From Chlamydiales bacterium (GTDB lineage: Bacteria; Chlamydiota; Chlamydiia; Chlamydiales; JAAZZY01), in assembly GCA_965206695.1 (NCBI GenBank), contig CBDBKM010000011.1, positions 384,001 to 448,000 of the forward strand: 64,000 nucleotides of DNA, written 5' to 3'. Made by a program: the position numbers and the translations under genes. This document shows, piece by piece, positions 21,150-31,250 of the stretch. The number at the start of each line of letters is the position of its first letter. The first letter of the stretch is position 1. Below the pieces are notes generated by a model, which was not told the DNA's origin, made no database searches, and worked only from the letters and a program-made list of their open reading frames with translations.

Positions 21150-23102
21150 GTGGAAAAAAAATCTCAAAATGTCACTCAAAAGTTAATATCTAAACATCTT
21201 TTATCGGGAGAAATGATTCCCGGAGAAGAAATCTCTATGAAAATCGATCAAACTCTAACTCAAGATGCTACCGGTACGATGGTTATGCTTGAATTAGAAG
21301 CTATGGGCTGTGATAAAGTAAAAACGAACTTGTCCGCTCAATATGTTGACCATAATCTGATACAAACTGACTTTAAAAATCCGGATGATCATATTTTCTT
21401 AAGAAGTGCCTGCCGTAAGTTCGGAGTATGGTATAGCCCTGCCGGGAATGGAGTTAGCCATCCTGTTCACATGGAATCATTTGGGATTCCGGGCGACACT
21501 TTATTAGGTTCGGATAGCCATACTTGCGCAGCAGGATCATTAGGCATGCTAGCAATTGGAACAGGGGGATTAGAGGTAGCACTTGCAATGCTAGGCAAGC
21601 CTTTTTTTGTTACAATGCCAAAAGTATTTGGCATCTGTTTACAAGGAAAACTTCCTGATTGGGTGAGCGCTAAAGATATAATACTTGAAGTCCTTAGACG
21701 GCATGATGTTATCGGAGGTATTGGAAAAATAATCGAATATTATGGATCGGGTTTAAAAAATCTTTCAGCTATGGATCGTCATGTCATTGCTAATATGGGA
21801 GCGGAATTAGGTGCAACAACAACTGTTTTTCCTTCTGATGAAGAAATTAAGCGCTTTATGACAACTCAACAAAGAGAATCTGAGTGGAAAAAAATTGTTG
21901 CTGATGAAGGTGCAATATATGATGAACACGATGAAATTGATTTATCAAAATTAGAACCTTTAATCGCTCTACCCGGCAGCCCCGGAAAAGTTGTTCCGGT
22001 AAGAGAAGTTGCCGGTAAGGAAATCTACCAATCAATGGTAGGATCATCAGCTAATCCCGGCTTAAGAGATTTTCTAATCACGTCACTTATTGTAAAAGAT
22101 AGGCGTATTGACCCAAGGGTTTCTTTCGATATCAATCCGACTTCAAGACAAATATTAGAGAACATGATTGAAATGGGTTCATTAAGTGATCTCGTTCGAT
22201 CCGGAGGCCGTATTCACCAACCGGGATGTAATGGGTGCATAGGAATGGGTCAAGCTCCTGCAAGTAACCAAGTCAGTTTAAGAACAGTACCTAGAAATTT
22301 TCCGGGAAGATCAGGCACAAAAGATGATCAAGTTTTTTTATGCAGCCCTGAAACAGCTGCTGTTTCAGCTTTAAAAGGTGAAATAACAGATCCTAGAGAT
22401 GCCGATTTTAAATACCCGATTTTTACTGAACCTACTAAGATGATTCTCAATAAAGAAAGTGTTATTGAACCTGCGAAAAAAGGCGAGACAACAAAATTAA
22501 TTATGGGACCTAACATAAAACCACTTCCTAAATTCTCCGCTTTAGAAGATCAGGTTTCCGGCCCTATTTTACTGAAACTAGGAGACAATATTTCTACAGA
22601 TACCATCCTCCCGGCCGGTAGTGATATACTTCCTTTCAGGAGTAATATCCCTGAAATCAGCAAATTTGCTTTTTATCAAGCTGATGAAAATTTCTATAAT
22701 CGGGCTATGAAATATCAAGATAGTGGCTTTATTGTGATCGGAGGAAGTAACTATGGGCAAGGCTCCAGTAGAGAACACGCAGCAATTGCTCCAAGATATT
22801 TAGGGTTACAGGCCGTTATTGCAAAATCATATGCAAGAATTCATAGAAAAAATTTAATTAATTTCGGTATTCTCCCTCTTTTATTTGAAAATGATGAAGA
22901 TTATGACACTCTCGATCAAGAGGATGTCTTAGAAATAAGTGATATTAAAAATAATATAGCTAAAGATATCTCTCTTACCGTAAATAATAAAACCAAAAAT
23001 CAATTATTCCAAGCTCGTTTATCTTTAACAGAACATGAAATCGAAATGCTTAAACACGGCGGATTAATTAATCTCTCCTTAGGTAATATCGTCATAAAAT
23101 AG
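21150..23102 (+). CDS. Aconitate hydratase (aconitase family)
   Basis: DQTLTQDATGT, DHN, GSDSHT, CNGCIG, RNFPGR, GDNISTD and NYGQGSSREHA motifs; probable GTG start at 21150 after aagga. Confidence 0.93.
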   Translation: MEKKSQNVTQKLISKHLLSGEMIPGEEISMKIDQTLTQDATGTMVMLELEAMGCDKVKTNLSAQYVDHNLIQTDFKNPDDHIFLRSACRKFGVWYSPAGNGVSHPVHMESFGIPGDTLLGSDSHTCAAGSLGMLAIGTGGLEVALAMLGKPFFVTMPKVFGICLQGKLPDWVSAKDIILEVLRRHDVIGGIGKIIEYYGSGLKNLSAMDRHVIANMGAELGATTTVFPSDEEIKRFMTTQQRESEWKKIVADEGAIYDEHDEIDLSKLEPLIALPGSPGKVVPVREVAGKEIYQSMVGSSANPGLRDFLITSLIVKDRRIDPRVSFDINPTSRQILENMIEMGSLSDLVRSGGRIHQPGCNGCIGMGQAPASNQVSLRTVPRNFPGRSGTKDDQVFLCSPETAAVSALKGEITDPRDADFKYPIFTEPTKMILNKESVIEPAKKGETTKLIMGPNIKPLPKFSALEDQVSGPILLKLGDNISTDTILPAGSDILPFRSNIPEISKFAFYQADENFYNRAMKYQDSGFIVIGGSNYGQGSSREHAAIAPRYLGLQAVIAKSYARIHRKNLINFGILPLLFENDEDYDTLDQEDVLEISDIKNNIAKDISLTVNNKTKNQLFQARLSLTEHEIEMLKHGGLINLSLGNIVIK

Positions 23103-23268
23103 TTCCTCGGGAAGCAATACAGCGGATGTGCACAGCAGCCAAGAATGATGCTGTATTCTTAAATAGAAGAATCTTAAAATTTTAAATTTACTATACTTTT
23201 GATAAAAAAGGTTTTTTTATGACCACCTTTAACACATAGGTGGCACGATATTTCTGATGCACTTTAGG

Positions 23269-23380
23269 TTGACAGCTCCCAACCCTAAAGGGAAGGGATT
23301 CCTAATTTATCGACCACTGCTAACAAACAAGCTAGTCTAACATGATCTCCAAAGGCTTAAATTACCGACTGCCCTGCGGT
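23269..23380 (-). ncRNA. TnpB right end / omegaRNA-like module (short form)
   Basis: ttgacagctcccaaccctaaagggaagggattcc...catgatctccaaaggcttaaattaccgactgccctgcggta is the reverse complement of the family consensus. Confidence 0.78.
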
Positions 23381-23397
23381 ATCGAGATTAATAGATG

Positions 23398-23443
23398 CGC
23401 CCTTTCAACATCGAAGTGCAACAAACCGCTACAAATTAAACTT
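23398..23443 (+). mobile_element. Isolated IS30 left end
   Basis: Identical to the first 46 bp of the IS30 copies at 26605 and 48832. Confidence 0.85.
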
Positions 23444-23689
23444 AAGGCATACCCCCACCCCCGATCTGAAACGGTACTGTTTTGGATTTGAAAAACATAC
23501 TGCACCGCGGTGCAAATACGGTGCAGTGAACTTGATAAACAACCAACAACAATCAACAGAAACCAATAGATTTTTATTGATTTCCTCTCTATAATGTTGT
23601 TCGTTATGATTGGATATTGTTGGTTAAGTCTTTGATACACCGCCCTTATAATCCGATGTATATGCGATTAATATAGGAGCTAACTCGTA

Positions 23690-23960
23690 AACTTCAGTAG
23701 CTTTTTAGGACGCTGATGGGATTTTAAAATTAAAATTACCACCTATTTATACTGCAAATGTTGTGTGAATTAAGGTTTTTTTGCTAATTAAAGATATGAC
23801 TGTAAAGTAATGCATGATAGAGATCTCAATGGAGCTATTAACATATATACCGCAGGGGAGTCGGTAATTTAAGCCTTTGGAGACCGTGTTAGACTAACCT
23901 TTTTGTTAGCAGTGGTTGTTGAATCAGGAATCTCTTCCCTTTAGGGTTGGGAGCTATCAA
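23690..23960 (+). pseudogene. tnpB: tnpB C-terminal remnant with right end/omegaRNA (23848-23960)
   Basis: Frame ...MHDRDLNGAINIY (RuvC-III) followed by the conserved module ending gggagctaTCAA. Confidence 0.75.
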
Positions 23961-24053
23961 CTAATTCCGGGGAAGGATTCTGCCGCTTCGAACGGCAGTT
24001 TTCCGCTATTCGTAAATATTTTTTGAATCCGGGATAGAAATGCATATCTTTTC

Positions 24054-26379
24054 TTAGCCATTTAAATCCATCTCTTGTGGTTCTTTTTTTATTTCAGATG
24101 CATACAAAGGGCCATAGTTTACAAGAAACTCTTCCCCTTTATGGATATCCTTATTAGCCACATAAAAATTTATATTTTTACCAAAAAGGACTACACATAT
24201 ATTATTCTCTCCTATTTTTTTAAAGTTTCCTAGCTGAGCAGTGTTTACCAAACTAAGCACATTTCCAGACGAAAATCCATTAATAGCGCGATGCGATGAG
24301 GATGTTGCAAATAGATATTCTGAAATTTTTCTTGGGCCTTGTTTTCGTTCTGCTTGCGATAAATCTTTGTTTTTACAAAGAGTACCTGCATAAGGTCCTA
24401 AAACTTCGAATTTTTTAATCTCTCTTTTTGCAAAAGCTGAACGTCCTCTATCTGGCCCTATTTCTATAGGGGTGGTAATCTCATAAATCTCATCCAACCG
24501 CTTTGTATATTCCATCCTATTCTTTTCGTTTAATGTTATCCACTCACACATGCTCTTCTTGATTTTAGATTTAATGTTCTTTATTTGTGGTTGGGCTAAA
24601 CCATCCAGGTAGCTCTTGAGGAAACCCCATTCTGAGACTTTCATCAAGGCTATTTCTCCTTCAGATTCAAATAAAAGGCTTTGTGTCTCATCCGCGGGGT
24701 TTTGCAATATGGGTAAGGTGTTGTTTATTTCACGATTAAATTTAGACGAACCGGTCACATTAAGATCTGAATCTGCATTATGATCTGAACACGGTTCTTT
24801 TTTTATCAACACAACCTCGCTGTCTACTGGAGTATTAGTTTCTTCAGACATAGATCCTCCTGGTCCTTTGTATTTAACCCTCTTTTCTTCCCTCCTTTTT
24901 TCCCACATTTTCTTCTTGGCATCAGACATTTTTTGTCTAGTTGCGGCAGTAACTATACGACCCTTTCCTTTACCCTTCATACCGGCAGACATTTTTTGTC
25001 TAGTTGCGGCAGTAACTATACGACCCTTTCTTTTACCCTTCATACCGGCAGATATTTTTGCTTTAGTTGCGTCAGTAACTATACGACCCTTTCCTTTACC
25101 CTGCATACTGGCAGATATTTTTGCTTTAGTTGCGTCAGTAACTATACGACTAGACAATTTTTGTTTAGTTGCGGCAGTAACTATAGTACTTTAATTTTTA
25201 TTTGATAATATGTTATCCTTCTTTTTTTATACAAACAATAAGGACAAAACAATGCCTAGAGCCTATTCAGTAGATCTCCGAGAGAAAGTATTACAACATA
25301 TAGAAAAACATCATGATAAAAAAACAGCCGGCCATATTTTTCAAGTAGGTATCGCAACAATATATCGATGGATCTTGCAAAAAAAGCAAAAAGGACATTT
25401 AAAGCCAATCCGCAGAAAATATGCTTATAAGAAATTAGATGATGAGTTGTTATCTAAATATGTAGAAAAACATCCGGATTATTTTTTATCGGAAATTGCT
25501 GATTATTTTTCAGTCACTCCGCAAACGATTTTTTATGCCCTTAAAAGATTAAAAATTACACGAAAAAAAAAACTACTCGCTATAAGGAAAGAGATGAAAA
25601 GAAACGGGAAGCTTTTATGAAAGATTTAAAAAATATTCCCTTTGACAAGAGAATTTATCTCGATGAAACCGGGATTCATCAATTTTTATTTCGTGAGTCC
25701 GGAAGAAGCTTACGCGGCAAAAAAGTTTTTGGAGCGGTTTCAGGAAACCGCTTTATAAGGCAAAATATTATTTCAGCCCTATCTAAAGGGCAGTTTTTGT
25801 CTCCAATGTGTTTTGAAGGTACTTGTAATACCGGGTTATTCAATATTTGGCTTAAGGAAGTTTTGACTCCTCAGCTTACACCCGGTAGTGTTCTTATTCT
25901 TGACAATGCCGGTTTTCACAAGTCAGCGGAAAGCAGGAAAATAGTAGAATCTGCCGGTTGTAAGCTTATGTTTCTTCCTCCATATTCTCCGGACTTAAAT
26001 CCTATAGAAAAATATTGGGCTAATATGAAAAATAAAGTTAGAGAGATATTACGAAAAGTTACGAATTTTAAATTCGCCATTGATCAAGCAATCTTATCAA
26101 TATAAAATTAAATGACTATATACGACCCTTTCCTTTACCCTGCATACTGGCAGATATTTTTGCTTTAGTTTTTTTACTATGTGCATAACCCTTTCTTCTA
26201 CCCTTCATACCGGCAGATATTTTTTCTTCAATTGGTTGTTGGTTTGTTTGTGTAATAGAAGGCACAGCAAGGTTCGAAATGATCTCTTGTCTTTCACTGG
26301 TTGGAGGTGCTTGATTAATAACCGTGAAGACAATGTTTTGATGTTGTATGCTGGTTTGTATATTATTAAAAGTACTCAT
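24054..26379 (-). pseudogene. NUMOD3-like repeat / SET-domain effector-like gene interrupted by IS630
   Basis: ORFs 26116..26379 and 24054..25157 join in frame (87+8+367=462 aa) once the IS and one TA are removed; 63-bp repeats; SET motifs GRSAFA, LGPYAG and GEEFLVNYG. Confidence 0.85.
25184..26118 (+). mobile_element. IS630-family element type b (935 bp, two ORFs, A-run frameshift)
   Basis: TA TSD; ends tagtactttaatttt / aaaattaaatgacta; MPRAYSVDLRE HTH ORF plus YLDETG, LDNAGFH and PPYSPDLNPIE. Confidence 0.95.
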
Positions 26380-26604
26380 AAAATTTAATTTGCCCTATTT
26401 TGTGTTTATATAATATTCTATGAGAAGTAATTATAATTTTTATTTGTTAATTCTTTATTAAGAAGAACTGTTTGTTTGATAATTTACTACGGTTAATGAA
26501 GGCGGCTAAACCGCGTATTATGAATTAGTTATATATTTAATAGATCAACATTTCACAGATATCTGATTTTTTAATAAATCTTAAGAAAAACAAATAATTT
26601 CTTT

Positions 26605-28799
26605 CGCCCTTTCAACATCGAAGTGCAACAAACCGCTACAAATTAAACTTGTCTGAAGGTGGTAAAAAATCTCCTATGGTAAACGTAAGAAAACCAAGGA
26701 GGAAAGATGCCAAACGGCTACCGTCACTTAAACAAAGACAAGAGATGCCAATTGTATACCTTAATAAGAAGAGAAGATCCTATCACCTTAATTTCCAATG
26801 AGTTAAACGTAAATCGATCGACTGTTTATCGCGAGCTAAAACGAAATTGTGGAAAGCGTGGATATCGGTATCAACAGGCTCAAGAGAAGGCTTTAAAGAG
26901 ACGAGGCTCAAAAACTCAACAACGAAAGATGAGCAGTGTAATGATTGCCATTATCGAAGAGAAGTTAAGCGTGCAGTGGAGCCCCGATCAAATATCGGGA
27001 TGGCTGAAGAAGAAAGGGTATCAAGAAGCTGTAAGCCATGAGACAATCTATAACTATGTTTGGGAGGACAAAAAAAGAGGAGGCTTGTTGTATAAACACC
27101 TTAGACATAGTGGGAAGAAATATAACAAGCGAGGTAAAAATAGGGCCGGACGAGGATGTATTCCCGGACGGACAGATATTTCTGAAAGGCCTGATATCGT
27201 AGAGAAGAAAACTCGTTTAGGCGATTGGGAACTAGATATACTCATCACGAATAAAACTCCGGATATTTTGTATTCGTATAGTGTAAATTATTTTGTATGA
27301 ATTCATTTTTAACACTATCAGAAGAAAAGCATCTCAGACAGCAACATAAACGAGAAAAGAATGGTCGTATACGAGATCGTATCAAGGCTGTTCTATTGTC
27401 GAATAAAGGTTGGAGTAATACTCGTATTGCTGAAGCTGTGCTTTTAGACGATGAAACAGTGTCTCGTCACATTAAAGAATATCAAAATAAACAGCAATTG
27501 CATGTAGAAAGCGGTGGTTCAGTCAGTAAACTTCTTGCGCCACAGTCAGAAGAATTCATTAAACATTTAACAACTCATACCTATGTCAAAGTAGAAGATA
27601 TCTGTTCTTATGTTCTCGCGAAATATGGCATTGTTTATACGATTTCAGGGATGACTTCTTGGCTACACTCACATGGTTTTTCCTATAAAAAGCCTAAAGG
27701 TACACCGGCTAAGGCAAATTCTGATCAACAAAAAGCTTGGATGCAATTTTACACCAAGCTTATGGCATCTCTGCCTAAAAATGAGCCTGTTGAATTTGCT
27801 GATGGTGTGCATCCAACTATGGCAACTAAAATTTCTTATGGTTGGATTCGACCGGGAACAAGTAAATTAATCGCAACAACAGCTTCTAGAACTCGAATGA
27901 ATCTTATGGGGTCTATCAATTTAAACAGTATGAAGGTAACAATAGATGCTTATGAAACATTAAATAGCGGTACCATGGCAAAACATTTTGCTTTATTACG
28001 GTCAAAATATCCCTCAGCTCCAAATATCCATCTTATTTTAGATCAAGGTCCTTATAATACAAGTATTCAGACCAAACAAGAAGCAGAAAAACAAGGTATT
28101 ATTCTCTATTATTTACCTTCTTACAGTCCTAACCTCAATCCTATTGAACGATTATGGAAAGTGATGAATGAATATTGTCGCAATAATCGGTTTTTTAATT
28201 CTGCTAAAGAATTTCGGAGATCGATTACCGGATTTTTTGAAAATACTTGGCCCTCTATTGCTCAATCAATGAGGACACGAATCAATGATCATTTTCAAGT
28301 CTTAGAATCGGCACTTTGATTCATAAGGGGTATACAATCATAGGAACAGAAGGGAGCGGAGTCATTGTCTCAATGGTCGAAAGAGTCTCAAAGCTAACAA
28401 AACCGGAAAAAGTCTCGCGTAAAACCGCTGAGGAAGTAAAGGATGCGCTAGTAAACAGGTTAAGACCGGTCCAAAAATTTGTCATGACATTAACTGCTGA
28501 CAACGGGAAAGAATTTACTTACCATAAACAAGTGAGCCAATTACTTGAGACAAGTTTTTACTTTGCTACCCCCTATCATTCGTGGGAAAGAGGGCTGAAC
28601 GAGCATACGAATGGACTCGTTCGACAATATCTCCCTAAAAATAAACGGTTTGATGAAGTCTCAGCAGGTAATTTAAAAAAGATTGAGAACTTGCTTAACA
28701 ATAGACCCCGAAAAGTGTTAAACTTTTCAACACCGGAGGAGGTGTTTAACCGTCTCAGTAAGGAAGCAGCGAGTGTTGCACTTCGATGTTGAAAGGGCG
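26605..28799 (+). mobile_element. IS30-family element interrupted by IS630
   Basis: 25-bp TIR cgccctttcaacatcgaagtgcaac; the two halves match the intact copy at 48832; no TSD at the flanks. Confidence 0.95.
27239..28332 (+). mobile_element. IS630-family element type a, transposase 27297..28319
   Basis: TA duplicated relative to the uninterrupted IS30 sequence gaactagatacaatc. Confidence 0.96.
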
Positions 28800-28902
28800 G
28801 ACGATATCACCTAGAAAAAAAGAATAAAAAAAGGACCTAAATACCTTTATCTTTTCTTCATATTCGTTATCTAAACTTGGCCATCCTAATTTTATTAAAA
28901 AA

Positions 28903-29784
28903 ATGGGTTATATGTCATCTAAAATTGAAAACGCTTGGAATCTGTCATCGGAGGAAATTCAAAGAGATCATGTATTAAAAACATTTATTTCAAAACCGGA
29001 AAATTACCTGGGACGAAAATATTTTGACCTAACTTTTTCTAAAGATGAAAATAATGATTTGCTTATCCTTTTTGAAGGAGTCTATATGCCTTGGAATACC
29101 ATGCGAGATCAAGCGGATAAATTAGTTTGTACCGAAAACGGTGTTTCATTATTAGGCAAGCCATTTATCACACTTAACTTTAAAAATTATTTAAACAAAT
29201 ATACCATTGAAATAGTTTCAAGGCTTGATTACACCCCATATTGCCACAGTTTTATCAGGTTAATAAATCCAAAAGGAGAGATTCAAAGCTATAGTCTTTA
29301 TCCTATTGAAAGAATTACAATTCCCGGCATTTACCCATCAACCTGGCTTGATGTTCCCTTACATATTATGTTCGACTATCCGGCAGAAATTGCTTCTGCT
29401 GATCCTGTCGAATATCATTTAGAGCGAGCAGATAAAGTCACTGTCTTCACCTATACCATCGATGAAAATAAATTCAGTAAAGTTCAAAATTTTATTCTTA
29501 AAAATCCTAACCCATTGACTTATTCTATATCCAATAAGGGTGATAATGCTTTTAATTGTTCCGGCTGGATAAGAGAAGCGTTAAAAGTTACTCAACTTGA
29601 AATTCCATCAGGCGGAATAATAAGTACTTGGCAACAGTATTTTGGTATTGATTCTCCTTGGCGCTTAAACCAAGATTTACAAGCTATAGCTGAAAATCAT
29701 ACTATGTGCTCTTTTACAGATAAAAAAGAGGATATCACCATGATTAACTCACCTTACGCACGCACTCTCGTAAAGAGCGTTTGA
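28903..29784 (+). CDS. Hypothetical protein, possible permuted papain-like (His...NC) enzyme
   Basis: 293-aa ORF; HSFIRL upstream of Y...FNCSGW; C-terminal tail contributed by a 78-bp MITE. Confidence 0.65.
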   Translation: MGYMSSKIENAWNLSSEEIQRDHVLKTFISKPENYLGRKYFDLTFSKDENNDLLILFEGVYMPWNTMRDQADKLVCTENGVSLLGKPFITLNFKNYLNKYTIEIVSRLDYTPYCHSFIRLINPKGEIQSYSLYPIERITIPGIYPSTWLDVPLHIMFDYPAEIASADPVEYHLERADKVTVFTYTIDENKFSKVQNFILKNPNPLTYSISNKGDNAFNCSGWIREALKVTQLEIPSGGIISTWQQYFGIDSPWRLNQDLQAIAENHTMCSFTDKKEDITMINSPYARTLVKSV

Positions 29785-29824
29785 TTCTGTAACCTCCTTA
29801 GTAGAAGGCGCGCGTAAGGTGAGT
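29747..29824. mobile_element. 78-bp MITE (ACTCACCTTACG family), copy 1
   Basis: TIR actcaccttacgc / gcgtaaggtgagt; flanking direct repeat gatta. Confidence 0.88.
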
Positions 29825-29839
29825 GATTAAGGTACGGAA

Positions 29840-29878
29840 CAATAATTTTGAAAAGAAAGATACCCCTCAAAATTATTG
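29840..29878. terminator. Hairpin between convergent genes
   Basis: Inverted repeat caataattttga / tcaaaattattg. Confidence 0.35.
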
Positions 29879-29892
29879 CTCTATTTAATTTG

Positions 29893-30684
29893 TTAAGACT
29901 GTTGAGGTTCTAGATTCCATTTATAGTAAGTATGACATGCTAATGCAACACTTCCGGCTCCTGATAAAGCACCTAAAGTCAATTGAGACAAACCTTTTAC
30001 TATTTCAAAATCTGTAAGATTCTTAATACCCTTAGAAATGAAATAATAAGAAGCTAATCCCCCAATAGCCGTGGTTCCTATTCTTACAGGATAGGAATCC
30101 ATGAAAGAACCAATATTGTCTTTTGCGAAATCAAGAGATTCAGAGACTTTCTTTTCTTGCCAAAATTCATTAAGGCTCTCTTTAGCATTATGACATGTAT
30201 CCCCTATCCGCTCACCGGCCCAATTCATATTTTCATGTACCGCATCCATTTTCTTGCGTAACCAAGGAGAAAAGTCCCAAAAACCGGGATTGCTCGAATT
30301 GGAATTTGAATCAGTAAAACCTGAGCCTTGTGGGCCTGAAGCATCCGGACCACTCTGTGTTGAACCTTTTTGATTAGAATCAGGACCGGTTTGACCTGAA
30401 ACGTCCGGAGGCGCTTTTATGGTACCCGGAGAAGCACTCGGGGTTAGGGTGGATGATGCATTTGAAGATACCGATTCCGTAGCTTGGGTAAACGTTCCTC
30501 CTCCGGCCAAATTGTCACTATCAGAATGAAGAGCAGATGAGAACGTATCTTGATATAAAGATGGTGTAGGAGTAAGTTTCGAGGTTGAAGGTGAGGGTGA
30601 TAAGATTAGCGTTTCTTTTGCCGAAGAAATTTCGGTTTGAACAGTATCGCCCGGATTTGAATTTATTCCATTTGCTTGAAACAT
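29893..30684 (-). CDS. Hypothetical S/T/P/G-rich protein with two C-terminal hydrophobic segments
   Basis: 263-aa ORF; low-complexity N-terminal half, two small-residue-rich hydrophobic stretches near the C-terminus. Confidence 0.7.
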   Translation of the reverse strand: MFQANGINSNPGDTVQTEISSAKETLILSPSPSTSKLTPTPSLYQDTFSSALHSDSDNLAGGGTFTQATESVSSNASSTLTPSASPGTIKAPPDVSGQTGPDSNQKGSTQSGPDASGPQGSGFTDSNSNSSNPGFWDFSPWLRKKMDAVHENMNWAGERIGDTCHNAKESLNEFWQEKKVSESLDFAKDNIGSFMDSYPVRIGTTAIGGLASYYFISKGIKNLTDFEIVKGLSQLTLGALSGAGSVALACHTYYKWNLEPQQS

Positions 30685-30803
30685 TTAAATATCCTTTTGT
30701 AAAAGAATTAATGATGGAAAATATTATAGATTCAGCACCATTAATCAACAAGCATTTCATTAAGTTACCGTTAAGTTTAATTAAGATTAGAGTAAATTAT
30801 TTC

Positions 30804-31175
30804 TTAATTTTCTGATTTCTTGTTTTTGGTTCGCTGTTTTCGCTTTTGTTTTTGTTTTCTTATTTTTTTTATTTCTTTAGCTTTAACTGATGTTTTAGGA
30901 AATAATTGAGCTTCAATTTGATCAACTAAAGTTCTAAAAGCTATAAACCGATTTTTATTTCTTTCCCTTTCTCTTTGACAAGTAACAAATAGACCTGTGG
31001 GAATATGCCGTACTAAGACACCATTTGAAGTTTTATTCTGCTTTTGTCCACCTTTTCCTCCTCCTCTTAAAAAAGTTTCTTTAATATCGTTCAGATCAAT
31101 ATTGAGATCTTCAATTTTCTTGAAAAGAGCTTGTAACTTTTTCTCACTAATATTAAACTTTTCGTTGAAACGCAT
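30804..31175 (-). CDS. Stand-alone GGQ-domain ribosome rescue factor (RF-1 domain, ArfB/C12orf65-like)
   Basis: GGGKGGQKQNKT, VRHIPTG and a basic C-terminal tail. Confidence 0.88.
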   Translation of the reverse strand: MRFNEKFNISEKKLQALFKKIEDLNIDLNDIKETFLRGGGKGGQKQNKTSNGVLVRHIPTGLFVTCQRERERNKNRFIAFRTLVDQIEAQLFPKTSVKAKEIKKIRKQKQKRKQRTKNKKSEN

Positions 31176-31250
31176 AAAAAACTTCCCAAAATTACATGTT
31201 TGGATTTATCGTGAGCATATAGGGTGGTTAACATCTCTCTGAGGAGAATA

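Noticed and set aside
23636..23660. cccttataatccg as a tRNA fragment
   Set aside because: No cloverleaf or T-loop GTTC context.
24920..25183. 63-bp repeat array as a CRISPR array
   Set aside because: Units are contiguous without unique spacers, keep the reading frame and encode protein repeats; no cas genes are present.
24868..25205. Plus-strand repeat ORFs (108 and 90 aa)
   Set aside because: Antisense to the repeat region of the SET gene.
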